Source: Eubacteriales bacterium (lineage in GTDB: Bacteria; Bacillota; Clostridia; Oscillospirales; CAG-272). Taken from it: DNA of 64,000 nt. The notes under the pieces were generated by a model that was not told the origin of the DNA, did no database searches, and was given only the letters and a program-made list of their open reading frames with translations. Positions within the stretch are counted from its first letter, which is position 1; each line of letters begins with the position of its first letter. The DNA lies in NCBI GenBank assembly GCA_045127455.1, contig JBGVQK010000026.1:3066-67065 (forward strand), written 5' to 3'. The position numbers were made by a program, and so were the translations under genes. Positions 62,568 through 64,000 of the stretch are shown here, in pieces.

Positions 62568-62768
62568 AGGCAATTTTTCTCCTTTTCTTTGGCGTTTTTA
62601 TTTCAAAAAATGTAAAATTTCAGGTTATAAATTTATTATACCAAATCCGGTTTTTCTTTGCAACATCTGTGCTTCAATTTTTTTCGTCTCTGCTTAAATT
62701 TTTGAGTGTTTTTGTCACTTTTCATAGTTCTTATATCTATCCAATCTTTATTTTCTATCTTTTTACTA

Positions 62769-62797
62769 TTGACATTTCTTTTTATATATGATATAAT
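62769..62797 (+). promoter_or_regulatory. sigma-A promoter of pyrC
   Basis: TTGACA, 17-nt spacer (TGa), TATAAT, followed by a leader of about 105 nt. Confidence 0.7.
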
Positions 62798-62909
62798 CTA
62801 TTAAAGGCAAAAACGAATGACTCGGCACCGCGCGGGCAGATTGGCGTGCGGATTGACTGCTCGGGGAAGTTTGTTTTGTCAAATTTTATATGATGTGAAG
62901 GAGATGCAG

Positions 62910-64000
62910 ATGATCTTTCGGAACGCAACGGTTTGGACGCAAAATGGATTTGCAAAGCAGGATGCCATTTTTGATGGCAGAGTGCTTTCTTTTTCCAATT
63001 CCCAAATTGCCGCTGTTTCTATTCCCGAAATGCCTGTTTTTTCCAATTGTCTCATTTTACCCGGTTTTTGCGACGTGCACGTGCACTTACGCGAGCCGGG
63101 TTTTTGTTATAAAGAGACGGTTGCAAGCGGAACGGCAGCGGCGGCGCGCGGCGGCTATACGGCAATTTGCTCCATGCCAAATTTGAATCCCGTACCAGAT
63201 TCAAAGGAACACTTAAACGTACAGCTCGATGCCATCAAAAAGGATGCCAAAATTGCCGTTTATCCTTACGGCTCTCTCACCGTAAACGAGGCTGGGGAAG
63301 CGATGGCAGACCTTGACGGCATGGCAGCCGACGTCATTGCTTTTTCGGATGACGGCAAGGGCGTACAAGATGAAAATATGATGCGCGACTTGATGCTTCG
63401 CGCAAAAACTTTAGGCAAAATGGTAGTGGCGCACTGTGAGGACAATTCGCTCCTCTATGGCGGCTACATTCACGACGGTATTTATGCAAAGGAGCATGGT
63501 CACCGCGGCATCTGCTCCGAGAGCGAATGGGGCCCTATCGCACGCGACTTAAAACTCGCCAAAGAAACGGGATGCGCTTACCACGTTTGCCATATATCCA
63601 CAAAAGAGAGCGTTGAACTCATCCGCGCCGCAAAGGCGGATGGCGTGAACGTTACCTGCGAGACCGCGCCGCACTATCTTGTACTCTGTGATGAGGATCT
63701 GCAAGAGGACGGCAAGTTCAAAATGAATCCGCCCCTGCGTTGTGCAAGTGACCGCGAGGCACTCATTGAGGGTATTCTTGACGGAACGATCGATATGATT
63801 GCCACCGACCACGCGCCGCACTCTGCCGAAGAGAAGGCAAGGGGCTTGGAAAAGAGCGCGTTTGGTATTGTCGGGCTTGAGACCGCTTTCCCGATTTTGT
63901 ATACCGAGTTTGTAAAGAGCGGAAGAATGACACTTGAACGCCTTGTGGACTTGATGAGTAACAATCCGCGCCGTCGTTTCGGTATTACGTCCGACGTAGG
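62910..64000 (+). CDS. pyrC: dihydroorotase (3' end lies beyond the window)
   Basis: I translated this frame by hand; it is absent from the ORF track because it has no stop inside the window. Motifs are DVHVHLREPG, HVCHISTKESV, ETAPHYL, KMNPPLR and ATDHAPH. A GAAGGAG RBS lies 7 nt before the ATG. Confidence 0.9.
   Translation, partial: MIFRNATVWTQNGFAKQDAIFDGRVLSFSNSQIAAVSIPEMPVFSNCLILPGFCDVHVHLREPGFCYKETVASGTAAAARGGYTAICSMPNLNPVPDSKEHLNVQLDAIKKDAKIAVYPYGSLTVNEAGEAMADLDGMAADVIAFSDDGKGVQDENMMRDLMLRAKTLGKMVVAHCEDNSLLYGGYIHDGIYAKEHGHRGICSESEWGPIARDLKLAKETGCAYHVCHISTKESVELIRAAKADGVNVTCETAPHYLVLCDEDLQEDGKFKMNPPLRCASDREALIEGILDGTIDMIATDHAPHSAEEKARGLEKSAFGIVGLETAFPILYTEFVKSGRMTLERLVDLMSNNPRRRFGITSDV

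Noticed and set aside
62798-62909. Possible PyrR-binding attenuator in the pyrC leader.
   Set aside because: I could not find the conserved PyrR binding-loop sequence (ARUCCAGAGAGG-like) or a clear terminator/antiterminator pair. Only weak GC palindromes are present.
1-64000. Defence or mobile systems: CRISPR-Cas, restriction-modification, toxin-antitoxin, retron, transposase, integrase, prophage.
   Set aside because: No ORF in the track shows the hallmark motifs that I can recognise by eye: nuclease or methyltransferase motifs, reverse-transcriptase YxDD, DDE or tyrosine-recombinase signatures, capsid or terminase. Absence is based on inspection only, not on HMM searches.

Overview
The window looks like chromosome from a spore-forming Clostridia-class Firmicute. 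This is inferred from ylxQ-infB, ylbJ, the yqfC-yqfD-phoH-ybeY-era-recO synteny, and many consensus TTGACA-17-TATAAT promoters. I support about 47 protein genes and 2 tRNAs (Arg-ACG, Pro-GGG). I also support two riboswitch candidates (THF before folT-folC, preQ1-I before queT), an rplJ leader, and many promoters and hairpin terminators. The backbone is housekeeping: infB, pcp, pepF, phoH, ybeY, era, recO, mutS2, folC, cca, alaS, zapA, rplJ-rplL, pyrC.

Four accessory patches interrupt the backbone:
- 17.2-30.9 kb: an AT-rich orphan lipoprotein, an HTH gene remnant, a 7TM-LuxR membrane-tethered regulator, a small coupled protein, a 3078-aa Cys/His-rich surface protein, and an exo-hydrolase/polytopic-membrane fusion.
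- 44.4-46.6 kb: a secreted RCC1 beta-propeller plus a stand-alone copy of its C-terminal domain, apparently co-transcribed with alaS.
- 49.6-50.5 kb: an AT-rich orphan membrane protein.
- 57.4-62.6 kb: a cluster of REP-like hairpins plus two paralogous BNR/Asp-box lipoproteins.

The best candidate for an undescribed system is the first patch. It pairs a kinase-less 7TM-LuxR regulator with an operator-like repeat/palindrome array in front of a weak -35 promoter. That promoter would drive a giant wall protein whose stalk includes 11 tandem 26-residue His-Cys-Cys-Cys modules.

I saw no CRISPR array, transposase, integrase, prophage or recognisable defence genes. All functional calls come from motif and synteny recognition by eye; no database search or folding was run.
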